From an uncultured Rikenellaceae bacterium (GTDB lineage Bacteria > Bacteroidota > Bacteroidia > Bacteroidales > VadinHA17), in the NCBI GenBank assembly GCA_963696805.1, contig CAVOLF010000006.1, positions 167,023-231,022 of the forward strand: a stretch of DNA of 64,000 bases, written 5' to 3'. The translations under genes were made by a program, and so were the position numbers. The number at the start of each line of letters is the position of its first letter. Position 1 is the first letter of the stretch. Shown here piece by piece: positions 48,047 to 56,672 of the stretch. Under the pieces are notes generated by a model, which did no database searches, was not told the DNA's origin, and saw nothing but the letters and a program-made list of their open reading frames with translations.

Positions 48047-48221
48047 TTTACCGTTCAGGGGAACATGAAAGGCCTTTTGCTCTTCTTCACATTTAAGTCT
48101 GGGAAACTTTGTGGGTGTTTTGCTTCGGTCTATGTTATCTGCCTGCGGTAGTTGGTGAATTTTTTGCACCGGATTGTGTTCTCCTCCGGCGGCAGTTCAT
48201 GCATTACCTGTGCCGCTTAGA

Positions 48222-48797
48222 TTACCTGCCTGCGGCATCCCTGCCGGCATGCAGCGCCTTCAGGTTGAGATCGACAACATCCTCGCCCTTACGCTTGAAA
48301 AGCTGTCTGACAGCATTCTCAAGGCTTTCGAATGGCAGGGTGATGAATGATGATGCAGCTCCGAGAATAACCATGTTGCCTGACCTGGATGATCCCAGAT
48401 CCTTTGCGATGGCGTCGGCATCGAGCACTATGGTGTTTCCGGTTTTTTTTAGCTCAGCCATTATATCGGCAGGATCAGGATAATCGGGGATATTCACGTA
48501 GGGTACGGAACTGGTCACTACCCAGCCTTCAGGGGAGAGCCAGGGAAGGTACCGCAGTGCCTCCATGGGCTCGACACTGATTATCAGGTCAGCCTTTCCA
48601 TGCGGGATAAGGTCAGAATGGATCTCCCTGTCGGAGAGCCTCAGGTGGGACTGCACGTCGCCTCCGCGCTGGCTCATGCCATGTACCTCAGCCTGCTTCA
48701 GGAAAAGGTTTTCTTCTACGGCGGCAATGCCTATTGTGGCAGCAATGGTAAGGATACCCTGCCCCCCCACACCTGCAAGTATGATATCGCATTTCAT
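48222..48797 (-). CDS. iorB: indolepyruvate:ferredoxin oxidoreductase subunit beta
   Basis: Start chosen at MKCDIILAGVGGQGILT (ATG at 48797), 2 nt after the iorA stop. The longer ORF would overlap iorA. Confidence 0.85.
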   Translation of the reverse strand: MKCDIILAGVGGQGILTIAATIGIAAVEENLFLKQAEVHGMSQRGGDVQSHLRLSDREIHSDLIPHGKADLIISVEPMEALRYLPWLSPEGWVVTSSVPYVNIPDYPDPADIMAELKKTGNTIVLDADAIAKDLGSSRSGNMVILGAASSFITLPFESLENAVRQLFKRKGEDVVDLNLKALHAGRDAAGR

Positions 48798-48798
48798 C

Positions 48799-50418
48799 TT
48801 ATTCGCCCTTTTTAATTTTATCTGCCGCTTCGCTCTTTTTGTTTTTTGAAGCAGTCTGAATGCACTCCCTCCGAGCCAGTATGACAGAGAGCCCATGGTG
48901 CTTCAGCTCCTCCCTCAATACTGCCTTGTTCTCCTCGTGATTCTTCCGCAGGGGCACTATGATCCTCAGGCGATCGCGTTTCACCCCGAGTCCGAGACAG
49001 ATGCTTTCAAGCCTGTCTGTTGCCTGGGACTTCTGTCCGCCTGTCATTCCGGTAGTGGAGTTGTCAGAGATGATCAGGGTGACAGGTGAGTCCTTGATCA
49101 CCGCATCGAGCAACCCTGTCATCCCGGAGTGGGTGAAGGTGGAGTCACCTATGACGGCCACAGCCGGCCACAGGCCTGCATCAGCAGCACCGACGGCCAT
49201 TGTCACCGAGGCTCCCATATCGACACATGAGTTGACCATATTATAAGGCGGAAGCGCCCCAAGAGTGTAGCATCCTATGTCAGAGAAGACCCGTCCGGGC
49301 CCGAACTCATTCATCACCTCAGCCAATGCCGAGTATACGTCTGCATGTCCGCATCCTTTGCAGAATGAGGGTGGTCTATGTCGAACGACCCCAGGCACAT
49401 CCTTGCCATGTGTAGCCTCAAGGCCAAGAGCGGCAGCAACGATAGACGGGTTTAGCTCGCCGTCGCGGGGTACAGTGCCGTCCATCCGGCCCAGCACCTT
49501 CACATCCCTGTCAAGGAGTCCGCGAAGCTGCTCCTCGATGAAGGGATAACCCTCCTCCAGCACCAGGACCTGGTCACAGTTTTCAACCAGTTCAGCGACC
49601 AGTGTTCTGTTCAGCGGATAGGCAGCCACAGAGAGTATATGATATTCATCTTCATGGCCAGCTATGTTCTCCATCAGGTAGTTAATGGCTATCCCGCAAG
49701 TGATGATGCCCGTTCCCCTGCCCCTGCCCATTGAGAGCCTGTTATAGCCTGCCAGGATGGGTTCATCATTAAGCTTCCCGAAAAGTGAAGTGAGAGCCCT
49801 GTACTGTTTCCTTGCAATGGCAGGAAGGAGCACGAACTGACGGGGATCTGAAGGCAGATGAGTGCTGTTTTGCGCCCTGGCAGCCCTTCTCGTCACAGGA
49901 GCGCGCGAATGAGCCAGACGTGTGGTGATGCGGAAAAGAACCGGAAGACGGTATTTCTCAGACAGATCAAATGCGTTAAAAATCATATCATAGGCCTCCT
50001 GCTGGTTCCTGGGTTCAAAAACCGGAACCAGGGCAAACCTGCCATAAAAACGTGAGTCCTGCTCATTCTGCGAAGAGTGCATTGAAGGATCATCGGCGGC
50101 AACAACCACAAGCCCTCCGTTGACACCCGTGACTGCGGAGTTGATGAAGGCGTCTGCAGCAACATTCAATCCTACATGCTTCATGGCCACCATTGCCCTC
50201 TTCCCCGCGTATGACATTCCCAGGGCTGCTTCCGTGGCTGTCTTCTCATTTGAAGACCACTCACGGTGCACATTATCGCCTGCAGCCTGCTGTGAAGCCT
50301 GAACATACTCCATGATCTCGGTAGATGGGGTGCCCGGATAGGCATACATGCCACTCATGCCGGCATCCAGAGCCGCCTGGGCAATAGCTTCATCACCAAG
50401 CATTAACTGTTTATGCAT
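48799..50418 (-). CDS. iorA: indolepyruvate:ferredoxin oxidoreductase subunit alpha
   Basis: 539 aa. N-terminal LMLGDEAIAQAALDAGMSGMYAYPGTPSTEI and a TPP-binding region (GDSTFTHSG). Confidence 0.9.
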   Translation of the reverse strand: MHKQLMLGDEAIAQAALDAGMSGMYAYPGTPSTEIMEYVQASQQAAGDNVHREWSSNEKTATEAALGMSYAGKRAMVAMKHVGLNVAADAFINSAVTGVNGGLVVVAADDPSMHSSQNEQDSRFYGRFALVPVFEPRNQQEAYDMIFNAFDLSEKYRLPVLFRITTRLAHSRAPVTRRAARAQNSTHLPSDPRQFVLLPAIARKQYRALTSLFGKLNDEPILAGYNRLSMGRGRGTGIITCGIAINYLMENIAGHEDEYHILSVAAYPLNRTLVAELVENCDQVLVLEEGYPFIEEQLRGLLDRDVKVLGRMDGTVPRDGELNPSIVAAALGLEATHGKDVPGVVRHRPPSFCKGCGHADVYSALAEVMNEFGPGRVFSDIGCYTLGALPPYNMVNSCVDMGASVTMAVGAADAGLWPAVAVIGDSTFTHSGMTGLLDAVIKDSPVTLIISDNSTTGMTGGQKSQATDRLESICLGLGVKRDRLRIIVPLRKNHEENKAVLREELKHHGLSVILARRECIQTASKNKKSEAADKIKKGE

Positions 50419-50534
50419 ATATTTTTAGCTTTTCGGATTTACTTGTCTGATGACAGTAAAGATGATTAAAGTTAAGTTAAAATCTAGAATCAAATGTCAT
50501 TATTGTTTACTTTACAGCGCAAAATTATCTGTCA

Positions 50535-51215
50535 TTGAAGAAGTTTTTGGTGATTTGTGTCATGCTTGCGGTTTCATTTGCTCATGCCGGCGCCCAGGAT
50601 GACGACAGGAGGTTTATTCAGATCGATGGGCTGACAGCTGACGATCAGGGATTCATTGTACCTGATGTAAGCATATATTCGAAACATCTCCGACGCGGCG
50701 CCGCAAGCGATCACAGGGGTATCTTCTCAATCATAAGCGCCCCGGGCGATACAATATTTTTCAGCGCCATAGGCTACAAGTCCACCCTGCTTACCATACC
50801 GCCATCAATTACCGGGAATCACTTTATAACAGATGTCATTATGGTTACTGACACCATACAGATCGGAGAAGTGCTTGTGCTGCCCTGGAAGACCTACTCA
50901 GAGTTCAAGAGGGCTGTGGTGGAAAACAAACCTGTTGATCCGCTGATGGAGAATATGGAATACAACCTGGCGCTCGTGGAGCAGCAGATATGGAGTGACA
51001 TGCGCGCCACTCCGGGCGAAGCTTACAGGTACACCATGCAGCAGATGGCTGATAATCTCTACACACGCGGACAGATGCCATCCAACAACCTTCTTAACCC
51101 GTTCGCATGGCAGAAATTTGCTCGCGAGGTCAAGAACGGACTGCTGAAGAATGAGCCCACCAAAAGCTCCAAGGTAAAAAAGAGCAAGGTCCGGAAGAAA
51201 AAAAAGAATGACTGA
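50535..51215 (+). CDS. carboxypeptidase-regulatory-like domain protein (secreted)
   Basis: TTG start gives the signal peptide MKKFLVICVMLAVSFAHAGAQ. CarboxypepD_reg-like IQIDGLTADDQGFIVPDVSIY...GIFSIISAPGDTIFFSAIGYKS. The stop overlaps the downstream receptor start. Confidence 0.65.
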   Translation: MKKFLVICVMLAVSFAHAGAQDDDRRFIQIDGLTADDQGFIVPDVSIYSKHLRRGAASDHRGIFSIISAPGDTIFFSAIGYKSTLLTIPPSITGNHFITDVIMVTDTIQIGEVLVLPWKTYSEFKRAVVENKPVDPLMENMEYNLALVEQQIWSDMRATPGEAYRYTMQQMADNLYTRGQMPSNNLLNPFAWQKFAREVKNGLLKNEPTKSSKVKKSKVRKKKKND

Positions 51216-53626
51216 TGGCACGGTCATCATTGATAAAATCTCTTCTCACATTACTTTTTCTGATAATAACAACAATGATCCTTTCAGGACAGGAGAGGAT
51301 GCTCAGGGGCATTATATCCGATTCTGCCGGGTACGCCATTCCGGGTGCAACTGTACACATTCCGGGCACGCAGAAAGGAACAGTCAGCGGAAGTGACGGC
51401 AGATTCGCCCTTGCCCTGGATACGGAGACAAGGAGAGTGATCTTTTCCTGTGTCGGTTACACGACTGACACACTCTTCATCAGACCCGGAGACCTGACGG
51501 ATAACCTGAGGGTCATCCTTAAGGGTATGACCATGGCTATCGATGGAGTGCAGGTCAGGGCCACCAGGCCTGATAACATAACCGTTATAAACATTCCTGC
51601 TGTCGCGGGCGCTGTCATCCCTTCCGTGACCGGTGGTGTTGAGTCGGCGATAACCACCCTTCCCGGAGTAGCATCCTACAGTGAACTCAGTTCCGGTTAC
51701 TCAGTCAGGGGAGGCAGCTATGATGAAAACCTTGTATACATAAATGGTGTTGAGGTATACCGGCCATATCTGATAAGGGCCGGACAGCAGGAGGGTCTGA
51801 GCAGGATCAACCCCGATCTCACCGCCTCAGTGAACTTCTCCCCCGGCGGCTTCAGTGCCTCATACGGCGACCGTATGTCATCAGTGCTGGATATCACCTA
51901 CCGCGAACCGTCAGAGAGCGAGGGGACAGTCTCTCTCAGTATGATCACATCTTCGGTATACGCCGGAACGCGAAGCACCAACAACAAGTTCTGGTTCATC
52001 GGAGGTGCCAGGTATCGCTCAAATGCCATCCTTCTTGGGAGCCTCGATACCAGGGGCGAATACAGTCCCCGTTTTGCCGACATCCAGGCCATCGCAGGAT
52101 ATCGGCCTGATGAGAGAACCACCATGACACTGTCGTTATGGGGCTCATCAAACAGGTACACCTTTATTCCGAGAAGCCAGACAACGACATTCGGAACCAT
52201 AGATAACGCCTACAGGCTCTACGCCTTCTTCGAAGGAGGCGAGCGTGACAGGTATGAGATCGGTGGCGGAGCCCTGGCACTGGATCTCAGGCATAATGAC
52301 AGGCTGTCTTCGAAGCTTATCCTTTCTGCCATGCTTGCTGACGAAAGTGAGAGTTATGATATACGCGGCGCCTATAGCCTCTCCTCACTTGACAGGACAG
52401 AAGGCACGGAAAACAATCCGGATTCCCTTCTCAATGCCGGCGCAGGAAGCTGGCTCACGCATGCGCGAAATAAGCTGAGAACAGGAATGGCCACTCTCTC
52501 ATACAGTGGGACGGCTGTGGCAGGCAGGAACGGTCTCGAGTGGGGAGTCACTGCCAGACACCGCACCCATGACATTGCCATGAATGAATGGCTGCGTGTC
52601 GATTCCGCCGGATACACTGTTAACGGAGCAGGTGAGGATCTGAGCCTGACTTCATATTCTGACCGAAGCCTGACAGCAGGCAGCTTCACCGCAGGGGCCT
52701 GGCTCATAAGCCGGAGCAGCTTTACCCTCGCCGGCAGGATGTGGGATTTAAATGCGGGCATAAGATCATCCTATGACACCTACAGTTCGGAGTTTCTCAT
52801 CTCCCCGAGGCTTTCCCTTACGGTGATGCTGACCCCCCGCACCTCAGCTTACATTGCGGCCGGAGCATATCATCAACCTCCCGGAGGCCGCGAGTTGATG
52901 ACCGGAACGCAGGACGGAAACCCGCTGCTGAAGGCACAGCGCTCTTATCACATCACTGCAGGAGCACGTTATGATTTCACAGCCTGGGAGAGACCGTTCA
53001 GGTTCACCGCTGAGGCATATGGCAAGCGCTTTAACAAGCTCGTACCGTATACGGTAGACAATGTCAGGCTTAGCTACTATGGAGGAAACATCGCAGAGGG
53101 TTACACCGCGGGCCTGGATATGAGGGTTAACGGTGAATTCGTTCCAGGGGTGGAATCATGGTTCAGTCTCTCACTGATGAAGTCGGAGCTGAAGATCCCC
53201 TCTATCAACTCGGGATGGTACCCCGCTCCGTTCGACCAGAGAGTGAATTTCAGCATCTTCTTTCAGGATTACCTGCCCGGACACCCTGATTTCAGGGCTC
53301 ATATCAATATTAACTTCGGCACTGGCATCCCGACATCACCCCCCGGAAGAGACCAATGGGATATATGGTTCAGGATGCCACCCTACAGGCGTGTCGACAT
53401 AGGCTTCTCTAAAGTCCTTACCAGAGTCGGCAGAGAGAAGGATGATAGCTTTTTGAAAGAACTCATTGCCGGAATTGAAATATTTAACCTTGCAGACATC
53501 AGGAACACAATATCCTATACCTGGATACGTACTGTAAAAAACAGTGAGGGGCAAACGCGTGAGTACGCCGTGCCGGTGTACCTCACCGGGAGAAGCCTTA
53601 ACCTGAAAGTGACAGCACGATTCTGA
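51215..53626 (+). CDS. TonB-dependent receptor (CarboxypepD_reg + plug + barrel)
   Basis: 803 aa. N-terminal LRGIISDSAGYAIPGATVHIPGTQKGTVSGSDGRFAL, a plug region, beta-strand pattern and the terminal ...LNLKVTARF. Confidence 0.85.
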   Translation: MARSSLIKSLLTLLFLIITTMILSGQERMLRGIISDSAGYAIPGATVHIPGTQKGTVSGSDGRFALALDTETRRVIFSCVGYTTDTLFIRPGDLTDNLRVILKGMTMAIDGVQVRATRPDNITVINIPAVAGAVIPSVTGGVESAITTLPGVASYSELSSGYSVRGGSYDENLVYINGVEVYRPYLIRAGQQEGLSRINPDLTASVNFSPGGFSASYGDRMSSVLDITYREPSESEGTVSLSMITSSVYAGTRSTNNKFWFIGGARYRSNAILLGSLDTRGEYSPRFADIQAIAGYRPDERTTMTLSLWGSSNRYTFIPRSQTTTFGTIDNAYRLYAFFEGGERDRYEIGGGALALDLRHNDRLSSKLILSAMLADESESYDIRGAYSLSSLDRTEGTENNPDSLLNAGAGSWLTHARNKLRTGMATLSYSGTAVAGRNGLEWGVTARHRTHDIAMNEWLRVDSAGYTVNGAGEDLSLTSYSDRSLTAGSFTAGAWLISRSSFTLAGRMWDLNAGIRSSYDTYSSEFLISPRLSLTVMLTPRTSAYIAAGAYHQPPGGRELMTGTQDGNPLLKAQRSYHITAGARYDFTAWERPFRFTAEAYGKRFNKLVPYTVDNVRLSYYGGNIAEGYTAGLDMRVNGEFVPGVESWFSLSLMKSELKIPSINSGWYPAPFDQRVNFSIFFQDYLPGHPDFRAHININFGTGIPTSPPGRDQWDIWFRMPPYRRVDIGFSKVLTRVGREKDDSFLKELIAGIEIFNLADIRNTISYTWIRTVKNSEGQTREYAVPVYLTGRSLNLKVTARF

Positions 53627-53672
53627 CATAATCGGATGTCATGCCGGTAATTATTTTTAATTTCGTACCCTG

Positions 53673-54418
53673 ATGAACAGGTTTGAGATAACATTTACGG
53701 CGGTAATGGCTACAATCCTCATACATCTGACTGTAGCCGTGATATTTATGTCCGTTAAGGTCTCAGCCATGAAGCGCGAGATAGCCGCCGAGATTATCCT
53801 GGCCGTGGAGGAGGAGACTGCCTGACCAGCGACCTGGAAAAGGCCATGGAGCTGGCAAAGAGCGATCACTTTAAGGACTTCACCCCGGAGGAGATGGTCA
53901 ATATTATCAAGAATCTCGCCGACAAGCCGATGGACATAGATCCGAAAGAGTATCAGGATATGGTCAAGGAGGAGATGATCAAAAGCGGCATGCTCGATGA
54001 GAGTAACTTCATCGATGATCAGAAGAGGGCTGAGAAGGCAGGAATGGAGGAGATAGCCTCCCTGCCGATACAGGACAAGCCCCAGGTGATTGAAAAAAAG
54101 GAAAGCGCGGCTGAAAAAGGCACCTTCAGGGGGCCCACACGTATCTTCTACGATCTTGCCGGGCGACATCATGTCTTTCTGCCGGTACCGATTTATAAGT
54201 GTGAGGGTGCGGGACAGATTACACTCACAATTGAGGTTGACAGAAACGGGAAATGTAATTAAAGCGCTCACCGGCACTCGGGACTTTCGACCACATCCGA
54301 TGCCTGTCTGACTGAAACGGCTGTGAATCATGCGTTGAGGACAAGATTTAATTCAGACCTCAGTGCTCCCTTAAAACAGGCAGGATTTCTGACATTCGTC
54401 TTTGTTTCCCAGCGTTGA
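53673..54418 (+). pseudogene. TM-anchored TonB/TolA C-terminal-domain protein, disrupted (N-terminal frameshift plus C-terminal TAA or a compensating indel pair)
   Basis: The TM anchor MNRFEITFTAVMATILIHLTVAVIFMSV (frame 0) stops at 53823, and the protein continues in frame 2 (LTSDLEKAMELAK...). Near 54250-54285 the frame-2 reading hits TAA (VDRNGKCN*), whereas frame 0 reads GNVIKALTGT. Frame 2 then resumes as SGLSTTSDACLTETAVNHALRTRFN...VSQR*. Confidence 0.6.
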
Positions 54419-54422
54419 TTTT

Positions 54423-55145
54423 TCAGAATAGCGTACCCTGGACAGGGTAATTGTATGGTTTTACCAGCTCTGGCCGGTTGCGGTCTCCTTTAGAATTGGT
54501 AATCAGCGGACTGATAGTATGGGCTGTAAGCATTTCTGTTGCGATCGGCTCCATCAGAGGAATGGCTGATGATTTTGCAAGCTCTTTCTTTAACCACAGT
54601 TTCTCAACTGATGCCGGGAGAATGACAGGCATCCTTTTCTTAGTGTTGTGAATCTCGGCCATCAATTCATTTGCACGGGTGGTTACTATTGAAAATGTAT
54701 TGACGGTGGCCCCTCCCTTAATCTTCCATGAATCCCATATGCCCGCAAGAGAGAATATCTCCTCCCCCTGAAGTCCGATGTACCATGGTATTTTCCTGCC
54801 ACCAATGTGCTGCCATTCAAAGAAGCCGCACAAAGGTACCAGGCAGCGCCTTGAAACAAAAGATTCCCTGAAGGCCGGCTTCAGGTCTATCGTCTCAGAG
54901 CGGGCATTGAAGGTCTTTATCCTCATTTCCTCAGCCTCGGCCTCATCGGCAGCCCAGGAAGGTATCAGCCCCCATTGCATAAGACGGATCTCCGCCGGGT
55001 TGTCTGAACAGATCACTGGCAGATGAGGAAAGCTGTGGGCATGGTAATAATAGCTCGGACGATATTTATCGGGATCCAGAAGTTCGGCCCCGTAACGCTT
55101 CTCCAGCTCCTCCTTTACAATATTTAAATTAACAGTAAAGCACAC
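54423..55145 (-). CDS. SOS-response-associated peptidase (SRAP/YedK family, abasic-site processing)
   Basis: GTG start followed by the catalytic Cys2 (MCFTV). Motifs MQWGLIPSWA and TFNARSETI. Confidence 0.85.
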   Translation of the reverse strand: MCFTVNLNIVKEELEKRYGAELLDPDKYRPSYYYHAHSFPHLPVICSDNPAEIRLMQWGLIPSWAADEAEAEEMRIKTFNARSETIDLKPAFRESFVSRRCLVPLCGFFEWQHIGGRKIPWYIGLQGEEIFSLAGIWDSWKIKGGATVNTFSIVTTRANELMAEIHNTKKRMPVILPASVEKLWLKKELAKSSAIPLMEPIATEMLTAHTISPLITNSKGDRNRPELVKPYNYPVQGTLF

Positions 55146-55188
55146 TTAGCCTAAACCTTAATCATTCATTAAATAAACTTTTGTGTTA

Positions 55189-55226
55189 CCTCAGCCTCAA
55201 CCTCAACCTCAGCCTCAGCCTCAGCC
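55189..55226. repeat. hexamer tandem repeat CCTCAG/CCTCAA x6
   Basis: Read directly. Lies in the spacer between the SRAP start (55145) and the stop (55227-55229) of the beta-lactamase-like pseudogene. Confidence 0.85.
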
Positions 55227-56530
55227 TTACTCCCCAACCGGGACCGGCAATGAATAACTGAACAGGTCCTTTTCGGGCCAGCTTCCGACCCTCTGAATGA
55301 ATTTCGACATCATGTTGTCAATGTCGGAGGATAATGCAGGTCCGTTCCATGCACTCGTGTTAAGTAGTACCACCCATGCAGTGCCGTCAGGCATTCTTTT
55401 CATCATGGCGGATGAACCCGGGAATGAGCCAGTACGCCACCATACCCCGTTGGGCAGTGCCGCCCTCCATCCTACCGGTGCATAACCGTTCCGGATACTC
55501 GGTCATGAATTCTGATGCTGCTAGTAGAAATAATGTCTTTACAATTATCAAAGCCATCAACAGCCAGCAGAAGGCGCATAAGGTCAGGGGCTGTGGCAAT
55601 CCATGCACCGGCGGCTCCCAGGGTTTCAATATCATTTCCGCCGTAACTTGACATCATCATCTCACCGGTGCCGTATACGGAAGGTTTGGGTCTGGCATCG
55701 GAAACCTCGTAGTATGAGACTTCATAGGGCAGCTTTGCATCCGGCAGGTTATTACCGAGGGACATGTCAAATATACCAAGAGGATGCAGTATGTTTTCAA
55801 TGCAATATATCTTCATAACTCATGCCGGTCGCTGTTTCAATGACAAGGCCCAGAATGGCATAACCCAGATTGGAATATGACTGTCCGGCACCGGGAGTGA
55901 AATGCAAATTCTTGCTCAGTGCGAACCTCACTATTGTCTTTAGTATCAACCGGAAGCTGTACACCCATTGACTGTGCTATCACCTGTGGCATGAACATCT
56001 GATCACCGTATCGTTGTGTCCAGCCACCCTTATGTGCAAGAAGATGGCCTACAGTAATATCGAAAGCCCGTTTATCCTTTGGGATTTGAAAAAGCTGTGT
56101 CAGTGAGGATGCCTCCGGGGCCAAAAACCTGGTCATTGACTGAGAGTTTACCTTCTTCATGGAGTTTCATGATTGCAATTGCAGTCACCAATTTGGAGAT
56201 GCTTGCAATCCTGAAACGGTGAAATGGTTCGACTGGAACTGAATCTGAAAGGGAAGCGTATCCAAAGCCGCGTGCATATACCAGTTTTCCGTTACGTGCA
56301 ACTGCAATAGATGCCCCTTTAATGCTCCAGTTTTTCAGGAACCACTCAATGCCTTTTTCGGCACCCTCAAACATCTCGCTGTCAGTCAGTGTGTTATCAA
56401 TTCGAAGATTAGAAGGAGTATAGCTGCCGTTAATCATAACGACCCTCTCGGTGCCGACATGAGGGACAAAGAGGAAAAACAAAAACGTTCCGGTAATCAG
56501 AATTCGTAAGGATCTGTTGCGCAAATTCAT
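55227..56530 (-). pseudogene. serine hydrolase / beta-lactamase-family (class C-like) protein broken by at least 5 frameshifts
   Basis: Fragments chain in order: SxxK motif (IASISKLVT), ...DITVGHLLAHKGGW..., TIVRFALSKNLHFTPGAGQSYSNLGYAILG (unlisted frame), YCIENILHPLG..., FMTEYPE, NGYAPVGWRAALPNGVWWRTGSFPGSSAMMKRMPDGTAWVVLLN...VGE*. Frame changes lie near 56090, 55900, 55815, 55495 and 55470. Confidence 0.75.
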
Positions 56531-56672
56531 TGGCTTCTATCTTCTCTATGAACGTTCGCAAAAATAGGATATTATACTTCTATGTTCCAAAGCATAACCA
56601 TATTTTCTTAACCAATATAAAAAAATATCAACAAAATTGTTCTGAACTGAAACAGAGACTATTTTTGTATAT

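Noticed and set aside
47947-48221. 275-nt ORF-free convergent spacer after ssb as a structured ncRNA, riboswitch or tRNA
   Set aside because: Only a single strong hairpin (48020-48046) is seen. No cloverleaf, no conserved riboswitch core I recognise, and no promoter box.
53657-54331. 224-aa minus-strand ORF taken as a gene
   Set aside because: The plus strand encodes a recognisable though disrupted TM-anchor plus TonB_C-like protein. The minus ORF is open only because the plus-strand gene is AG-rich.
56660-56667. TATTTTTG box as the promoter of the ankyrin gene
   Set aside because: The box ends only 5 nt before the ATG at 56673. That would require a leaderless transcript or a downstream start, so it is too uncertain to list as a feature.
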